Assembly (NCBI GenBank): GCA_964016885.1
Contig: OZ024744.1
Location: 18,724,001 to 18,788,000 of the forward strand
Reading direction: 5' to 3'
DNA length: 64,000 nt
Origin: Eledone cirrhosa
Lineage: Eukaryota
Shown: one piece after another, positions 41,601 to 57,189 of the stretch
Numbering within the stretch: the stretch's first letter is position 1
Layout of the letters: every line of letters starts with the position of its first letter
Position numbers and translations under genes: made by a program
Notes under the pieces: generated by a model
The model's input: the letters and a program-made list of their open reading frames with translations, nothing else
The model's database searches: none
Told to the model about the DNA's origin: nothing

Positions 41601-44600
41601 GTGTCTGTGTCACTGTCTATGTCACTGTGTGTTTGTGTATGTCTGTGTCACTGTGTGTTTCTGTATGTCTGTGTCACTATGCATGCCACTGTATGTTTGT
41701 GTTGTCTGTGTCATTGTGTATGTCACTGGGTGTTTCTGTATGTCTGTGTCACTGTGTATGTCACTGTGAGATTCTCTATGTCTGTGTCACTGTGTATGTC
41801 ACTGTATGTCTCTGTATGTCTGTGTCACTGTCTATGTCACTGTATCTTTGTGTATGTCTGTGTCACTGTGTATGTCACTGTGTGTTTATGTATTTCTGTG
41901 TCTCTGTGTATGCCACTGTATCTTTGTGTATGTCTGCGGCACTGTGTATGTCACTGTGTGCTTCTGTATGTCTATGTCACTGTGTATGTCACAGTGTGTT
42001 TCTGTATATATGTGTCTCTGTGTATGTCACTGTATCTTTGTGTATGTCTGTGTCACTGTGTATGTCACTGTATGTTTGTGTATGTCTGTGTCACTGTATG
42101 TTTCTGTATGTCTGTGTCACTGTGTATGTCACTGTTTGTTTCTGAATGTATGTGTCACTGTGTATGTCACCGTATCTGTGTGTATGTCTGTGTCACGGTG
42201 TATGTCACTGTATCTTTGTGTATGCCTGTGTCACTGTGTATGTCACTGTGTGTTTCTGTATGTCTGTGTCACTGTGTATGTCACTGTATGTTTGTGTGTG
42301 TCTGTGTCACTGTGTATGTCAATGTCTCTGTGTGTTTCTGTATGTCTGTGTCTCTGTGTATGTCACTGTATCTTTGTGTATGTATGTGTCACTGTGTATG
42401 TCACTAAATGTTTGTGTGTGTCTGTGTCTCTGTGTATGTCACTGTGTGTTTGCGTGTGTCTGTGTCACTGTGTATGTCACAGTGTGTTTCTGTATGTCTG
42501 TGTCACTGTCTATGTCACTGTATGTTTCTGAATGTCTGTGTCACTGTGTATGTCACTGTGTTTCTGTATGTCTGTGTCACGATGTATGTCACTGTATGTT
42601 TGTGTGTGACTGTGTCACTGTGTATGTCACTGTATGTTTGTGTATGTCTGTGTCACTGTATGTTTCTGTATGTCTGTGTCACTGTGTATGTCACTGTGTG
42701 TTTCTGTATGTCTGTGTCACTGTGTATGTCATTGTATATTTGTGTATGTATGTGTCACTGTGTATGTCACTGTATGTTTCTGTAAGTTTGTGTCACTGTG
42801 TATGTCACTGTGTGTTTCTGTATGTCTGTGTCTCTGTGTATGTCACTGTATGTTTCTGTATGTCTGTTTCACTGTGTATGTCACTGTGTCTTTATGTATG
42901 TCTGTGTCACTCTGTATGTCACTGTATATTTCTGTATGTCTGTGTCACTGTGTATGTCACTGTATGTTTCTGTATGTTTGTGTCACTGTGTATGCCACTG
43001 TATGTTTCTGTATGTCTGTTTCACTGTGTATGTCACTGTGTCTTTATGTATGTCTGTGTCACTCTGTATGTCACTGTACATTTCGGTATGTCTGTGTCAC
43101 TGTGTATGTCACTGTATGTTTCTGTATGTCTGTGTCCATGTGTATGTCACTGTATGTTTCTGTATGTCTGTTTCACTGTGTATGTCACTGTGTGTTTCTG
43201 TATGTCTGTGTCACTCTGTATGTCACTATATTTATGTATGTCTGTGTCACTGTGTATGTCACTGTATGTTTCTGTATGTCTGTGTCACTGTGTATGTCAC
43301 TGTGTGTTTCTGTATGTCTGTGTCACTGTATATGTCACTGTATCTTTGTATATGCCTGTGTCACTGTTTATGTGACTGTATGTTTCTGTATGTCTGTTTC
43401 AGTGTGTATGTCACTGTATATTTGTGTATGTCTGTGTCACTCTGTATGTCACTGTGTGTTTCTGTATGTCTGTGTCACTATGTATGCCACTGTATGTTTG
43501 TGTTATCTGTGTCATTGTATATGTCACTGGGTGTTTCTGTATGTCTGTCACTATGTAAGTCATTGTATCTTTGTGTATGTCTGTGGCACTCTGTATGTTG
43601 TTGTGTGTTTCTGTATGTATGTGTCACTGTGTATGTCACTGTATGTCTATGTATGTCTGTGTCACTGTGTATGTCACTGTATCTTTGTGTATGTCTGTAT
43701 CACTGTGTATGTCACTGTGTGTTTATGTATGTCTGTGTCTCTGTGTATGTCACAGTATCTTTGCGTATGTCTGCGTCACTGTGTATGTCACTGTGTGTTT
43801 CTGTATGTCTGTGTCACTGTGTATGTCACAGTGTGTTTCTGTATATCTGTGTCTCTGTGTATGTCACTGTATCTTTGTGTATGTCTGTGTCACTGTGTAT
43901 GTCACTGTATGTTTCTGTATGTATGTTTCACTGTGTATGTCACTAAATGTTTGTGTGTGTCTGTGTCTCTGTGTATGTCACTGTGTGTTTGCGTGTGTCT
44001 GTGTCACTGTGTATGTCACTGTTTGTTTCTGTATGTCTGTGTGACTGTGTATGTCACTGTTTGTTTCTGTATGTCTGTGTCACTGTGTGTGTTTCTGTAT
44101 GTCTGTGTCACTGTGTATGTCATTGCATCTTTGTGTATGTCTGTGTCACTCTGTATGTCACTGTGTCTTTCTGCATGTCTGTGTCACTGTGTATGTCACT
44201 GTGTGTTCCTGTATGTCTGTGTCACTGTGTATGTCACTGTATGTTTCTGTATGTCTGTTTCACTGTGTATATCACTGTGTGTTTCTGTATGTCTGTGTCA
44301 CTGTATATGTCAATGTATCTTTGTGTATGCCTGTGTCACTGTCTATGTCACTGTATGTTTCTGTATGTCTGTTTCACTGTGTATGTCACTGTATATTTGT
44401 GTATGTCTGTGTCACTCTGTATGTCACTGTGTGTTTCTGTATGTCTGTGTCACTATGCATGCCACTGTATGTTTGTGTTGTCTGTGTCATTGTGTATGTC
44501 ACTGGGTGTTTCTGTATGTCTGTGTCACTGTGTATGACACTGTGTCTTTCTGTATGTATGTATCACTGTGTATGTCACTGCGTGTATCTGTATGTCTGTG

Positions 44601-47319
44601 TCACTGTGTAAGTCATTGTATCTTTGTGTATGTCTGTGGTACTCTGTATGTCGTTGTGTGTTTCTGTATTTATGTGTCTCTGTGTATGTCACTGTATATT
44701 TGTGTATGTATGTGTCACTGTGTATGTCACTGTGAGTTTCTCTATGTCTGTGTCACTGTGTATGTCACTGTATGTCTCTGTATGTCTGTGTCACTGTCTA
44801 TGTCACTGTATCTTTTTGTATGTCTGTGTCACTGTGTATGTCACTGTGTGTTTATGTATTTCTGTGTCTCTGTGTATGCCACTGTATCTTTGTGTATGTC
44901 TGCGTCACTGTGTATGTCACTGTGTGCTTCTGTATGTCTATGTCACTGTGTATGTCACAGTGTGTTTCTGTATATATGTGTCTCTGTGTATGTCACTATA
45001 TCTTTGTGTATGTCTGTGTCACTGTGTGTTTCTGTATGTCTGTGTCACTGTGTATGTCATTGTATGTTTGTGTGTGTGTCACTGTGTATGTCACTGTGTG
45101 TTTGTGTATGTCTGTGTCACTGTATGTTTCTGTATGTCTGTGTCACTGTGTATGTCACTGTTTGTTTCTGTATGTATGTGTCACTGTGTATGTCACCGTA
45201 TGTGTGTGTATGTCTGTGTCACGGTGTATGTCACTGTATCTTTGTGTATGCCTGTGTCACTGTGTATGTCACTGTGTGTTTTTGTATGTCTGTGTCACTG
45301 TGTATGTCACTGTATGTTTGTGTGTGTCTGTGTCACTGTGTATGTCAATGCCTCTGTGTGTTTCTGTATGTCTGTGTCTCTGTGTATGTCATGTATCTTT
45401 GTGTATGTATGTGTCACTGTGTATGTCACTGTGTGTTTCTGTATGTCTGTGTGCCTGTGTATGTCACTGTGTGTTTGTGTATGTCTGTGTCACTGTATGT
45501 TTCTGTATGTCTGTGTCACTGTGTATGTCACTGTGTGTTTCTGTATGTATGTGTCACCGTGTATGTCACTGTATCTTTGTGTATGCCTGTGTCACTGTGT
45601 ATGTCACTGTGTGTTTCTGTATGTGTGTGTCACTGTGTATGTCACTAAATGTTTGTGTGTGTCTGTGTCTCTGTGTATGTCACTGTGTGTTTGCGTGTGT
45701 CTCTGTCACTGTGTATGTCACTGTGTGTTTCTGTATGTCTGTGTGACTGTGTATGTCACTGTTTGTTTGTGTATGTCTGTGTCACTGTGTGTGTTTCTGT
45801 ATGTCTGTGTCACTGTGTATGTCATTGCATCTTTGTGTATGTCTGTCTCACTCTGTATGTCACTGTGTGTTTCTGCATGTCTGTTTCACTGTGTATGTCA
45901 CTGTGTGTTTATGTATGTCTGTGTCACGGTGTATGTCACTGTACGTTTGTGTGTGACTGTGTCACTGTGTATGTCACTGTGTGTTTGTGTATGTCTGTGT
46001 CACTGTGTATGTCATTGTATCTTTGTGTATGTCTGTGTCACTGTGTATATCACTGTATGTTTCTGTATGTCTGTGTCACTGTGTATGTCACTGTGTGTTT
46101 CTGTATGTCTGTGTCACTGTCTATGTCACTGTATGTTTCTGAATGTCTGTGTCACTGTGTATGTCACTGCGTGTTTGTGTATGTCTGTGTCACTGTATGT
46201 TTCTGTATGTATGTGTCACTGTGTATGTCACTGTGTCTTTATGTATGTCTGTGTCACTCTGTATATCACTGTATATTTCTGTATGTCTCTGTCACTGTGT
46301 ATGTCACTGTATGTTTCTGTATGTCTGTGTCACTGTGTATGTCACTGTATGTTTATGTATGTCTGTGTCACTGTGTATGTCACTGTATCTTTGTGTATGT
46401 CTGTGTCCCTGTGTATGTCACTGTATGTTTCTGTATGTTTGTGTCACTGTGTATGTCACTGTGTGTTTCTATATGTCTGTGTCACTGTGTATGTCACTGT
46501 GTGTTTCTGTATGTTTGTGTCACTGTGTACGTCACTAAATGTTTGTGTGTGTCTGTGTCTCTGTGTATGTCACTGTTTGTTTGCGTGTGTCTGTGTCACT
46601 GTGTATGTCACTGTGTGTTTCTGTATGTCTGTGTGACTGTGTATGTCACTGTGTGTTTGTGTATGTCTGTGTCACTGTATGTTTCTGTATGTCTGTGTCA
46701 CTGTGTATGTCACTGTGTGTTTCTGTATGTATGTGTCACCGTGTATGTCACTGTATCTTTGTGTATACCTGTGTCACTGTGTATGTCAATGTGTGTTTCT
46801 GTATGTCTGTGTCACTGTGTATGTCATTGCATCTTTGTGTATGTCTGTCTCACTCTGTATGTCACTGTGTGTTTCTGCATGTCTGTGTCACTGTGTATGT
46901 CACTGTGTGTTTCTGTATGTCTGTGTCACTGTGTATGTCACTGTATGTTTCTGTATGTCTGTTTCACTGTGTATATCACTGTGTGTTTCTGTATGTCTGT
47001 GTCATGGTGTATGTCACTGTATGTTTGTGTGTGACTGTGTCACTGTGTACGTCACTGTGTGTTTGTGTATGTCTGTGTCACTGTATGTTTCTGTATGTCT
47101 ATGTCACTGTGTATGTCAATGTGTGTTTCTGTATGTCTATGTCACTGTGTATGTCATTGTATCTTTGTGTATGTCTGTGTCACTGTGTATGTCACAGTAT
47201 GTTTCTGTAAGTTTGTGTCACTGTGTATGTCACTGTGTGTTTCTGTATGTCTGTGTCTCTGTGTATGTCACTGTATGTTTCTGTATGTCTGTGTCACTGT
47301 ATGTTTCTGTATGTCTGTT

Positions 47320-50300
47320 TCACTGTGTATGTCACTGTGTGTTTCTGTATGTATGTGTCACGGTGTATGTCACTGTATGTTTGTGTGTGACAGTGTCACT
47401 GTGTATGTTACTGTGTGTTTGTGTATGTCTGTGTCACTGTATGTTTCTGTATGTCTGTGTCACTGTGTATGTCACTGTGTGTTTCTGTATGTCTGTGTCA
47501 CTGTGTATGTCATTGTATCGTTGTGTATGTCTGTGTCACTGTGTATGTCACTGTATGTTTCTGTAAGTTTGTGTCACTGTGTATGTCACTGTGTGTTTCT
47601 GTATGTCTGTGTCTCTGTGTATGTCACTGTATGTTTCTGTATGTCTGTTTCACTGTGTATGTCACTGTGTCTTTATGTATGTCTGTGTCACTATGTATGT
47701 CACTGTATATTTCTGTATGTCTGTGCCACTGTGTATATCACTGTATGTTTCTGTATGTCTGTGTCACTGTGTATGTCACTGTGTGTTTCTGTATGGCTGG
47801 GTCACTGTGTATGTCACTGTATCTTTGTGTATGTCTGTGTCACTGTGTATGTCACAGTGTGTTTCTGTATGTCTGTGTCACTGTCTATGTCACTGTATGT
47901 TTCTGAATGTCTGTGTCACTGTGTATGTCACTGTGTGTTTGTGTATGTCTGTGTCACTGTATGTTTCTGTATGTCTGTGTCACTGTGTATGTCACTGTGT
48001 GTTTCTGTATGTCTGTGTCACTGTGTATGACATTGTATCTTTGTGTATGTCTGTGTCACTGTGTATGTCACTGTATGTTTCTGTATATTTGTGTCACTGT
48101 GTATGTCACTGTATGTTTCTGTATGTCTGTGTCACTGTGTATGTCACTGTATCCTTGTGTATGTCTGTGTCCCTGTGTATGTCACTGTATGTTTCTGTAT
48201 GTTTGTGTCACTGTGTATGTCACTAAATGTTTGTGTGTGTCTGTGTCTCTGTGTATGTCACTGTTTGTTTGCGTGTGTCTGTGTCACTGTGTATGTCACT
48301 GTGTGTTTCTGTATGTCTGTGTGACTGTGTATGTCACTGTGTGTTTGCGTATGTCTGTGTCACTGTATGGTTCTGTATGTCTGTGTCACTGTGTATGTCA
48401 CTGTGTGTTTCTGTATGTATGTGTCACCGTGTATGTCACTGTATCTTTGTGTATGCCTGTGTCCCTGTGTATGTCACTGTGTGTTTCTGTATGTTTGTGT
48501 CACTGTGTATGTCACTGTATATTTCTGTATGTCTGTGTCACTGTGTATGTCACTGTATGTTTCTGTATGTCTGTGTCACTGTGTATGTCACTGTGTGTTT
48601 CTGTATGTCTGTGTCACTGTATATGTCACTGTATCTTTGTGTATGCCTGTGTCACTGTTTATGTCACTGTATGTTTCTGTATGTCTGTTTCACTGTGTAT
48701 GTCACTGTATATTTGTGTATGTCTGTGTCACTCTGTATGTCACTGTGTGTTTCTGTATGTCTGTGTCACTATGTATGCCACTGTATGTTTGTGTTATCTG
48801 CGTCATTGTGTATGTCACTGGGTGTTTCTGAATGTCTGTGTCACTATGTAAGTCATTGTATCTTTGTGTATGTCTGTGGCACTCTGTATGTTGTTGTGTG
48901 TTTCTGTATGTATGTGTCTCTGTGTATGTCACTGTATGTCTATGTATGTCTGTGTCACTGTCTATGTCACTGTATCTTTGTGTATGTCTGTATTACTGTG
49001 TATGTCGCTGTGTGTTTATGTATGTCTGTGTCTCTGTGTATGTCACTGTATCTTTGCGTATGTCTGCGTCACTGTGTATGTCACTGTGTGTTTCTGTATG
49101 TCTGTGTCACTGTGTATGTCACAATGTGTTTCTGTATATCTGTGTCTCTGTGTATGTCACTGTATCTTTGTGTATGTCTGTGTCACTGTGTATGTCACTG
49201 AATGTTTCTGTATGTATGTTTCACTGTATATGGCACTAAATGTTTGTGTCTCTGTGTCTCTGTGTATGTCACTGTGTGTTTGCGTGTGTCTGTGTCACTG
49301 TGTATGTCACTGTGTGTTTCTGCATGTCTGTGTCACTGTGTATGTCACTGTGTGTTTCTGTATGTCTGTGTCACTGTGTATGTCACTGTATGTTTCTGTA
49401 TGTCTGTTTCACTGTGTATATCACTGTGTGTTTCTGTATGTCTGTGTCACTGTATATGTCACTGTATCTTTGTGTATGCCTGTGTCACTGTCTATGTCAC
49501 TGTATGTTTCTGTATGTCTGTTTCACTGTGTATGTCACTGTATATTTGTGTATGTCTGTGTCACTATGTATGTCACTGTGTGTTTCTGTATGTCTATGTC
49601 ACTATGTATGCCACTGTATATTTGTGTTGTCTGTGTCATTGTGTATGTCACTGGGTGTTTCTGTATGTCTGTGTCACTGTGTATGACACTGTGTCTTTCT
49701 GTATGTATGTATCACTGTGTATGTCACTGTGTGTATCTGTATGTCTGTGTCACTGTGTAAGTCATTGTATCTTTGTGTATGTATGTGGCACTCTGTATGT
49801 CGTTGTGTGTTTCTGTATGTCTGTGTCACTCTGTATGTCACTGTATATTTCTGTATGTCTGTGTCACTGTGTATGTCACTGTATGTTTCTGTATGTCTGT
49901 GTCACTGTGTATGTCACTGTATGTTTCTGTATGTCTGTGTCACTGTGTATGTCACTGTGAGTTTCTCTATGTCTGTGTCACTCTGTATGTCACTGTATGT
50001 CTCTGTATGTCTGTGTCACTTTCTATGTCACTGTATCTTTGTGTATGTCTGTGTCACTGTGTATGTCACTGTGTGTTTATGTATTTCTGTGTCTCTGTGT
50101 ATGCCACTGTATCTTTGTGTATGTCTGCGTCACTGTGTATGTCACTGTGTGTTTCTGTATGTCTGTGTCACTGTGTATGTCACTGTATGTTTGTGTGTGT
50201 CTGTGTCACTGTGTATGTCAATGTCTCTGTGTGCTTCTGTATGTCTGTGTCTCTGTGTATGTCACTGTATCTTTGTGTATGTATGTGTCACTGTGTATGT

Positions 50301-53300
50301 CACTGTGTGTTTCTGTGTGTCTGTGTCACTGTGTATATCACTGTGTGTTTCTGTATATCTGTGTCTCTGTGTATGTCACTGTATCTTTGTGTATGTCTCG
50401 GTCACTGTGTATGTCACTGTATATTTGTGTATGGATGTGTCACTGTGTATGTCACTGTATCTTTGTGTATGTCTGTGTCACTGTGTATGTCACAGTGTGT
50501 TTCTGTATGTCTGTGTCACTGTCTATGTCACTGTATGTTTCTGAATGTCTGTGTCACTGTGTATGTCACTGTGTGTTTCTGTATGTATGTGTCACGGTGT
50601 ATGTCACTGTATGTTTGTGTGTGACAGTGTCACTGTGTATGTTACTGTGTGTTTGTGTATGTCTGTGTCACTGTATGTTTCTGTATGTCTGTGTCACTGT
50701 GTATGTCACTGTGTGTTTCTGTATGTCTGTGTCACTGTGTATGTCATTGTATCGTTGTGTATGTCTGTGTCACTGTGTATGTCACTGTATGTTTCTGTAA
50801 GTTTGTGTCACTGTGTATGTCACTGTGTGTTTCTGTATGTCTGTGTCTCTGTGTATGTCACTGTATGTTTCTGTATGTCTGTTTCACTGTGTATGTCACT
50901 GTGTCTTTATGTATGTCTGTGTCACTATGTATGTCACTGTATATTTCTGTATGTCTGTGCCACTGTGTATATCACTGTATGTTTCTGTATGTCTGTGTCA
51001 CTGTGTATGTCACTGTGTGTTTCTGTATGGCTGTGTCACTGTGTATGTCACTGTATCTTTGTGTATGTCTGTGTCACTGTGTATGTCACAGTGTGTTTCT
51101 GTATGTCTGTGTCACTGTCTATGTCACTGTATGTTTCTGCATGTCTGTGTCACTGTGTATGTCACTGTGTGTTTGTGTATGTCTGTGTCACTGTATGTTT
51201 CTCTATGTCTGTGTCACTGTGTATGTCACTGTGTGTTTCTGTATGTCTGTGTCACTGTGTATGACATTGTATCTTTGTGTATGTCTGTGTCACTGTGTAT
51301 GTCACTGTATGTTTCTGTATATTTGTGTCACTGTGTATGTCACTGTATGTTTCTGTATGTCTGTGTCACTGTGTATGTCACTGTATCCTTGTGTATGTCT
51401 GTGTCCCTGTGTATGTCACTGTATGTTTCTGTATGTTTGTGTCACTGTGTATGTCACTAAATGTTTGTGTGTGTCTGTGTCTCTGTGTATGTCACTGTTT
51501 GTTTGCGTGTCTGTGTCACTGTGTATGTCACTGTGTGTTTCTGTATGTCTGTGTGACTGTGTATGTCACTGTGTGTTTGCGTATGTCTGTGTCACTGTAT
51601 GGTTCTGTATGTCTGTGTCACTGTGTATGTCACTGTGTGTTTCTGTATGTATGTGTCACCGTGTATGTCACTGTATCTTTGTGTATGCCTGTGTCCCTGT
51701 GTATGTCACTGTGTGTTTCTGTATGTTTGTGTCACTGTGTATGTCACTGTATATTTCTGTATGTCTGTGTCACTGTGTATGTCACTGTATGTTTCTGTAT
51801 GTCTGTGTCACTGTGTATGTCACTGTGTGTTTCTGTATGTCTGTGTCACTGTATATGTCACTGTATCTTTGTGTATGCCTGTGTCACTGTTTATGTCACT
51901 GTATGTTTCTGTATGTCTGTTTCACTGTGTATGTCACTGTATATTTGTGTATGTCTGTGTCACTCTGTATGTCACTGTGTGTTTCTGTATGTCTGTGTCA
52001 CTATGTATGCCACTGTATGTTTGTGTTATCTGCGTCATTGTGTATGTCACTGGGTGTTTCTGAATGTCTGTGTCACTATGTAAGTCATTGTATCTTTGTG
52101 TATGTCTGTGGCACTCTGTATGTTGTTGTGTGTTTCTGTATGTATGTGTCTCTGTGTATGTCACTGTATGTCTATGTATGTCTGTGTCACTGTCTATGTC
52201 ACTGTATCTTTGTGTATGTCTGTATTACTGTGTATGTCGCTGTGTGTTTATGTATGTCTGTGTCTCTGTGTATGTCACTGTATCTTTGCGTATGTCTGCG
52301 TCACTGTGTATGTCACTGTGTGTTTCTGTATGTCTGTGTCACTGTGTATGTCACAATGTGTTTCTGTATATCTGTGTCTCTGTGTATGTCACTGTATCTT
52401 TGTGTATGTCTGTGTCACTGTGTATGTCACTGAATGTTTCTGTATGTATGTTTCACTGTATATGGCACTAAATGTTTGTGTCTCTGTGTCTCTGTGTATG
52501 TCACTGTGTGTTTGCGTGTGTCTGTGTCACTGTGTATGTCACTGTGTGTTTCTGCATGTCTGTGTCACTGTGTATGTCACTGTGTGTTTCTGTATGTCTG
52601 TGTCACTGTGTATGTCACTGTATGTTTCTGTATGTCTGTTTCACTGTGTATATCACTGTGTGTTTCTGTATGTCTGTGTCACTGTATATGTCACTGTATC
52701 TTTGTGTATGCCTGTGTCACTGTCTATGTCACTGTATGTTTCTGTATGTCTGTTTCACTGTGTATGTCACTGTATATTTGTGTATGTCTGTGTCACTCTG
52801 TATGTCACTGTGTGTTTCTGTATGTCTATGTCACTATGTATGCCACTGTATATTTGTGTTGTCTGTGTCATTGTGTATGTCACTGGGTGTTTCTGTATGT
52901 CTGTGTCACTGTGTATGACACTGTGTCTTTCTGTATGTATGTATCACTGTGTATGTCACTGTGTGTATCTGTATGTCTGTGTCACTGTGTAAGTCATTGT
53001 ATCTTTGTGTATGTATGTGGCACTCTGTATGTCGTTGTGTGTTTCTGTATGTCTGTGTCACTCTGTATGTCACTGTATATTTCTGTATGTCTGTGTCACT
53101 GTGTGTGTCACTGTATGTTTCTGTATGTCTGTGTCACTGTGTATGTCACTGTATGTTTCTGTATGTCTGTGTCACTGTGTATGTCACTGTGAGTTTCTCT
53201 ATGTCTGTGTCACTCTGTATGTCACTGTATGTCTCTGTATGTCTGTGTCACTTTCTATGTCACTGTATCTTTGTGTATGTCTGTGTCACTGTGTATGTCA

Positions 53301-53400
53301 CTGTGTGTTTATGTATTTCTGTGTCTCTGTGTATGCCACTGTATCTTTGTGTATGTCTGCGTCACTGTGTATGTCACTGTGTGTTTCTGTATGTCTGTGT
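47320..53400 (+). repeat. Near-tandem higher-order repeat, period 3,232-3,234 bp
   Basis: ORF pairs 47579/50813 (3,234) and 48331/51563, 48864/52096, 49717/52949 (3,232). A 2-bp GT loss near 51508 explains the shift. Markers ATCGTTG at 47517/50751 and ATGGTTCT at 48367/51599. Confidence 0.9.
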
Positions 53401-56400
53401 AACTGTGTATGTCGCAGTGGGTTTCTTTATATATGTGTCTCTGTGTATGTCAATGTATCTTTGTGTATGTCTGTGTCACTGTGTGTTTCTGTATGTCTGT
53501 GTCACTGTGTATGTCACTGTATGTTTGTGTTTGTCTGTGTCACTTTGTATGTCACTGTGTGTTTGTGTATGTCTGTGTCACAGTATGTTTCTGTATGTCT
53601 GTGTCACTGTGTATGTCACTGTTTGTTTCTGTATGTATGTGTCACTGTGTATGTCACCGTATGTGTGTGTATGTCTGTGTCACGGTGTATGTCACTGTAT
53701 CTTTGTGTATGCCTGTGTCACTGTGTATGTCACTGTGTGTTTTTGTATGTCTGTGTCACTGTGTATGTCACTGTATGTTTGTGTGTGTCTGTGTCACTGT
53801 GTATGTCAATGTCTCTGTGTGTTTCTGTATGTCTGTGTCTCTGTGTATGTCACTGTATCTTTGTGTATGTATGTGTCACTGTGTATGTCACTGTGTGTTT
53901 CTGTATGTCTGTGTCACTGTGTATATCACTGTGTGTTTCTGTATATCTGTGTCTCTGTGTATGTCACTGTATGTTTGTGTATGTCTGTGTCACTGTGTAT
54001 GTCACTGTATGTTTCTGTATGTCTGTGTTACTGTGTATATCAATGTGTGTTTCTGTATCTCTGTGTCACGGTGTACGTCACTGCATGTTTGTGTATGTCT
54101 GTGTGACTGTGTATGTCACTGTGTGTTTCTGTATGGCTGTGTCACTGTGTATGTCACTCTATCTTTGTGTATGTCTGTTTCACTGTGTATGTCACAGTGT
54201 GTTTCTGTATGTCTGTGTCACTGTCTATGTCATTGTATGTTTCTGAATGTCTGTGTCACTGTGTATGTCACTGTGTTTCTGTATGTATGTGTTACGATGT
54301 ATGTCACTGTATGTTTGTGTGTGACTGTGTCACTGTGTATGTCACTGTATGTTTGTGTATGTCTGTGTCACTGTATGTTTCTGTATGTCTGTGTCACTGT
54401 GTATGTCACTGTGTGTTTCTGTATGTCTGTGTCACTGTGTATGTCATTGTATATTTGTGTATGTCTGTGTCACTGTGTATGTCACTGTATGTTTCTGTAA
54501 GTTTGTGTCACTGTGTATGTCACTGTGTGTTTCTGTATGTCTGTGTCTCTGTGTATGTCACTGTATGTTTCTGTATGTCTGTTTCACTGTGTATCTCACT
54601 GTGTCTTTATGTATGTCTGTGTCACTCTGTATGTCACTGTATATTTCTGTATGTCTGTGTCACTGTGTATGTCACTGTATGTTTCTGTATGTTTGTGTCA
54701 CTGTGTATGTCACTGTATGTTTCTGTATGTCTGTTTCACTGTGTATGTCACTGTGTCTTTATGTATGTCTGTGTCACTCTGTATGTCACTGTATATTTCT
54801 GTATGTCTGTGTCACTGTGTATGTCACTGTATGTTTCTGTATGTCTGTGTCACTGTGTATGTCACTGTATGTTTCTGTATGTCTGTGTCACTGTGTATGT
54901 CACTGTATGTTTCTGTATGTCTGTTTCACGGTGTATGTCACTGTGTGTTTCTGTATGTCTGTGTCACTCTGTATGTCACTGTATATTTCTGTATGTCTGT
55001 GTCACTGTGTATGTCACTGTATGTTTCTGTAAGTCTGTGTCACTGTGTATGTCACTTGGTGTTTCTGTATGTCTGTGTCACTGTATATGTCACTGTATCT
55101 TTGTGTATGCCTGTGTCACTGTTTATGTCACTGTATGTTTCTGTATGTCTGTTTCAGTGTGTATGTCACTGTATATTTATGTATGTCTGTGTCACTCTGT
55201 ATGTCACTGTGTGTTTCTGTATGTCTGTGTCACTATGTATGCCACTGTATGTTTGTGTTATCTGAGTCATTGTATATGTCACTGGGTGTTTCTGTATGTC
55301 TGTGTCACTGTGTATGACACTGTGTGTTTCTGTATGTATGTATCACTGTGTATGTCACTGTGTGTTTCTGTATGTCTGTGTCACTATGTAAGTCATTGTA
55401 TCTGTGTGTATGTCTGTGGCACTCTGTATGTTGTTGTGTGTTTCTGTATGTATGTGTCTCTGTGTATGTCACTGTATCTTTTTGTATGTATGTGTCACTG
55501 TGTATGTTACTGTGAGTTTATGTATGTCTGTGTCACTGTGTATGTCACTGTATGTCTATGTATGTCTGTGTCACTGTCTATGTCACTGTATCTTTGTGTA
55601 TGTCTGTATCACTGTGTATGTCACTGTGTGTTTATGTATGTCTGTGTCTCTCTGTATGTCACTGTATCTTTGCGTATGTCTGTGTCACTGTGTATGTCAC
55701 AGTGTGTTTCTGTATATCTGTGTCTCTGTGTATGTCACTGTATCTTTGTGTATGTCTGTGTCACTGTGTATGTCACTGTATGTTTCTGTATGTACGTTTC
55801 ACTGTGTATGTCACTAAATGTTTGTGTGTGTCTGTGTCTCTGTGTATGTCACTGTGTGTTTGCGTGTGTCTGTGTCACTGTGTATGTCACTGTGTGTTTC
55901 TGTATGTCTGTGTGACTGTGTATGTCACTGTTTGTTTGTGTATGTCTGTGTCACTGTGTGTGTTTCTGTATGTCTGTGTCACTGTGTATGTCATTGCATC
56001 TTTGTGTATGTCTGTTTTACTCTGTATGTCACTGTGTGTTTCTGCACGTCTGTGTCACTGTGTATGTCACTGTGTGTTCCTGTATGTCTGTGTCACTGTG
56101 TATGTCACTGTATGTTTCTGTATGTCTGTTTCACTGTGTATATCACTGTGTGTTTCTGTATGTCTGTGTCACTGTATATGTCACTGTATCTTTGTGTATG
56201 CCTGTGTCACTGTGTATGTCACTGTGTGTTTATGTATTTCTGTGTATCTGTGTATGCCACTGTATCTTTGTGTATGCCTGCGTCACTGTGTATGTCACTG
56301 TGTGTTTCTGTATGTCTATGTCACTGTGTATGTCACAGTGTGTTTCTGTATATATGTGTCTCTGTGTATGTCACTGTATCTTTGTGTATGTCTGTGTCAC

Positions 56401-57189
56401 TGTGTGTTTCTGTATGTATGTGTCACTGTGTATGTCACTGTATGTTTGTGTGTGTCTGTGTCACTGTGTATGTCACTGTGTGTTTGTGTATGTCTGTGTC
56501 ACTGTATGTTTGTGTATGTCTGTGTCACTGTGTATGTCACTGTTTGTTTCTGTATGTATGTGTCACTGTGTATGTCACCGTATGTGTGTGTATGTCTGTA
56601 TCACGGTGTATGTCACTGTATCTTTGTGTATGCCTGTGTCACTGTGTATGTCACTGTGTGTTTCTGTATGTTTGTGTCACTGTGTATGTCACTGTATGTT
56701 TGTGTGTGTCTGTGTCACTGTGTATGTCAATGTCTCTGTGTGTTTCTGTATGTCTGTGTCTCTGTGTATGTCACTGTATCTTTGTGTATGTATGTGTCAC
56801 TGTGTATGTCACTGTGTGTTTCTGTATGTCTGTGTCACTGTGTATATCACTGTGTGTTTCTGTATATCTGTGTCTCTGTGTATGTCACTGTTTGTTTGCA
56901 TGTGTCTGTGTCACTGTGTATGTCAATGTCTCTGTGTGTTTCTGTATGTCTGTGTCTCTGTGTATGTCACTGTATCTTTGTGTATGTATGTGTCACTGTG
57001 TATGTCACTGTGTGTTTCTGTATGTCTGTGTGACTGTGTATGTCACTGTGTGTTTGTGTATGTCTGTGTCACTGTATGTTTCTGTATGTCTGTGTCACTG
57101 TGTATGTCACTGTGTGTTTCTGTATGTCTGTGTCACTGTGTATGTCACAGTGTGTTTCTGTATCTTTGTGTCACTGTGTACGTCACTAA

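Noticed and set aside
48702-48932. Minus-strand Thr/His/Gln-rich ORFs (also 51934..52164 and 62658..62897)
   Set aside because: They are chance gaps between TGA codons in the variant-rich cassette, repeated only because the DNA block is duplicated.
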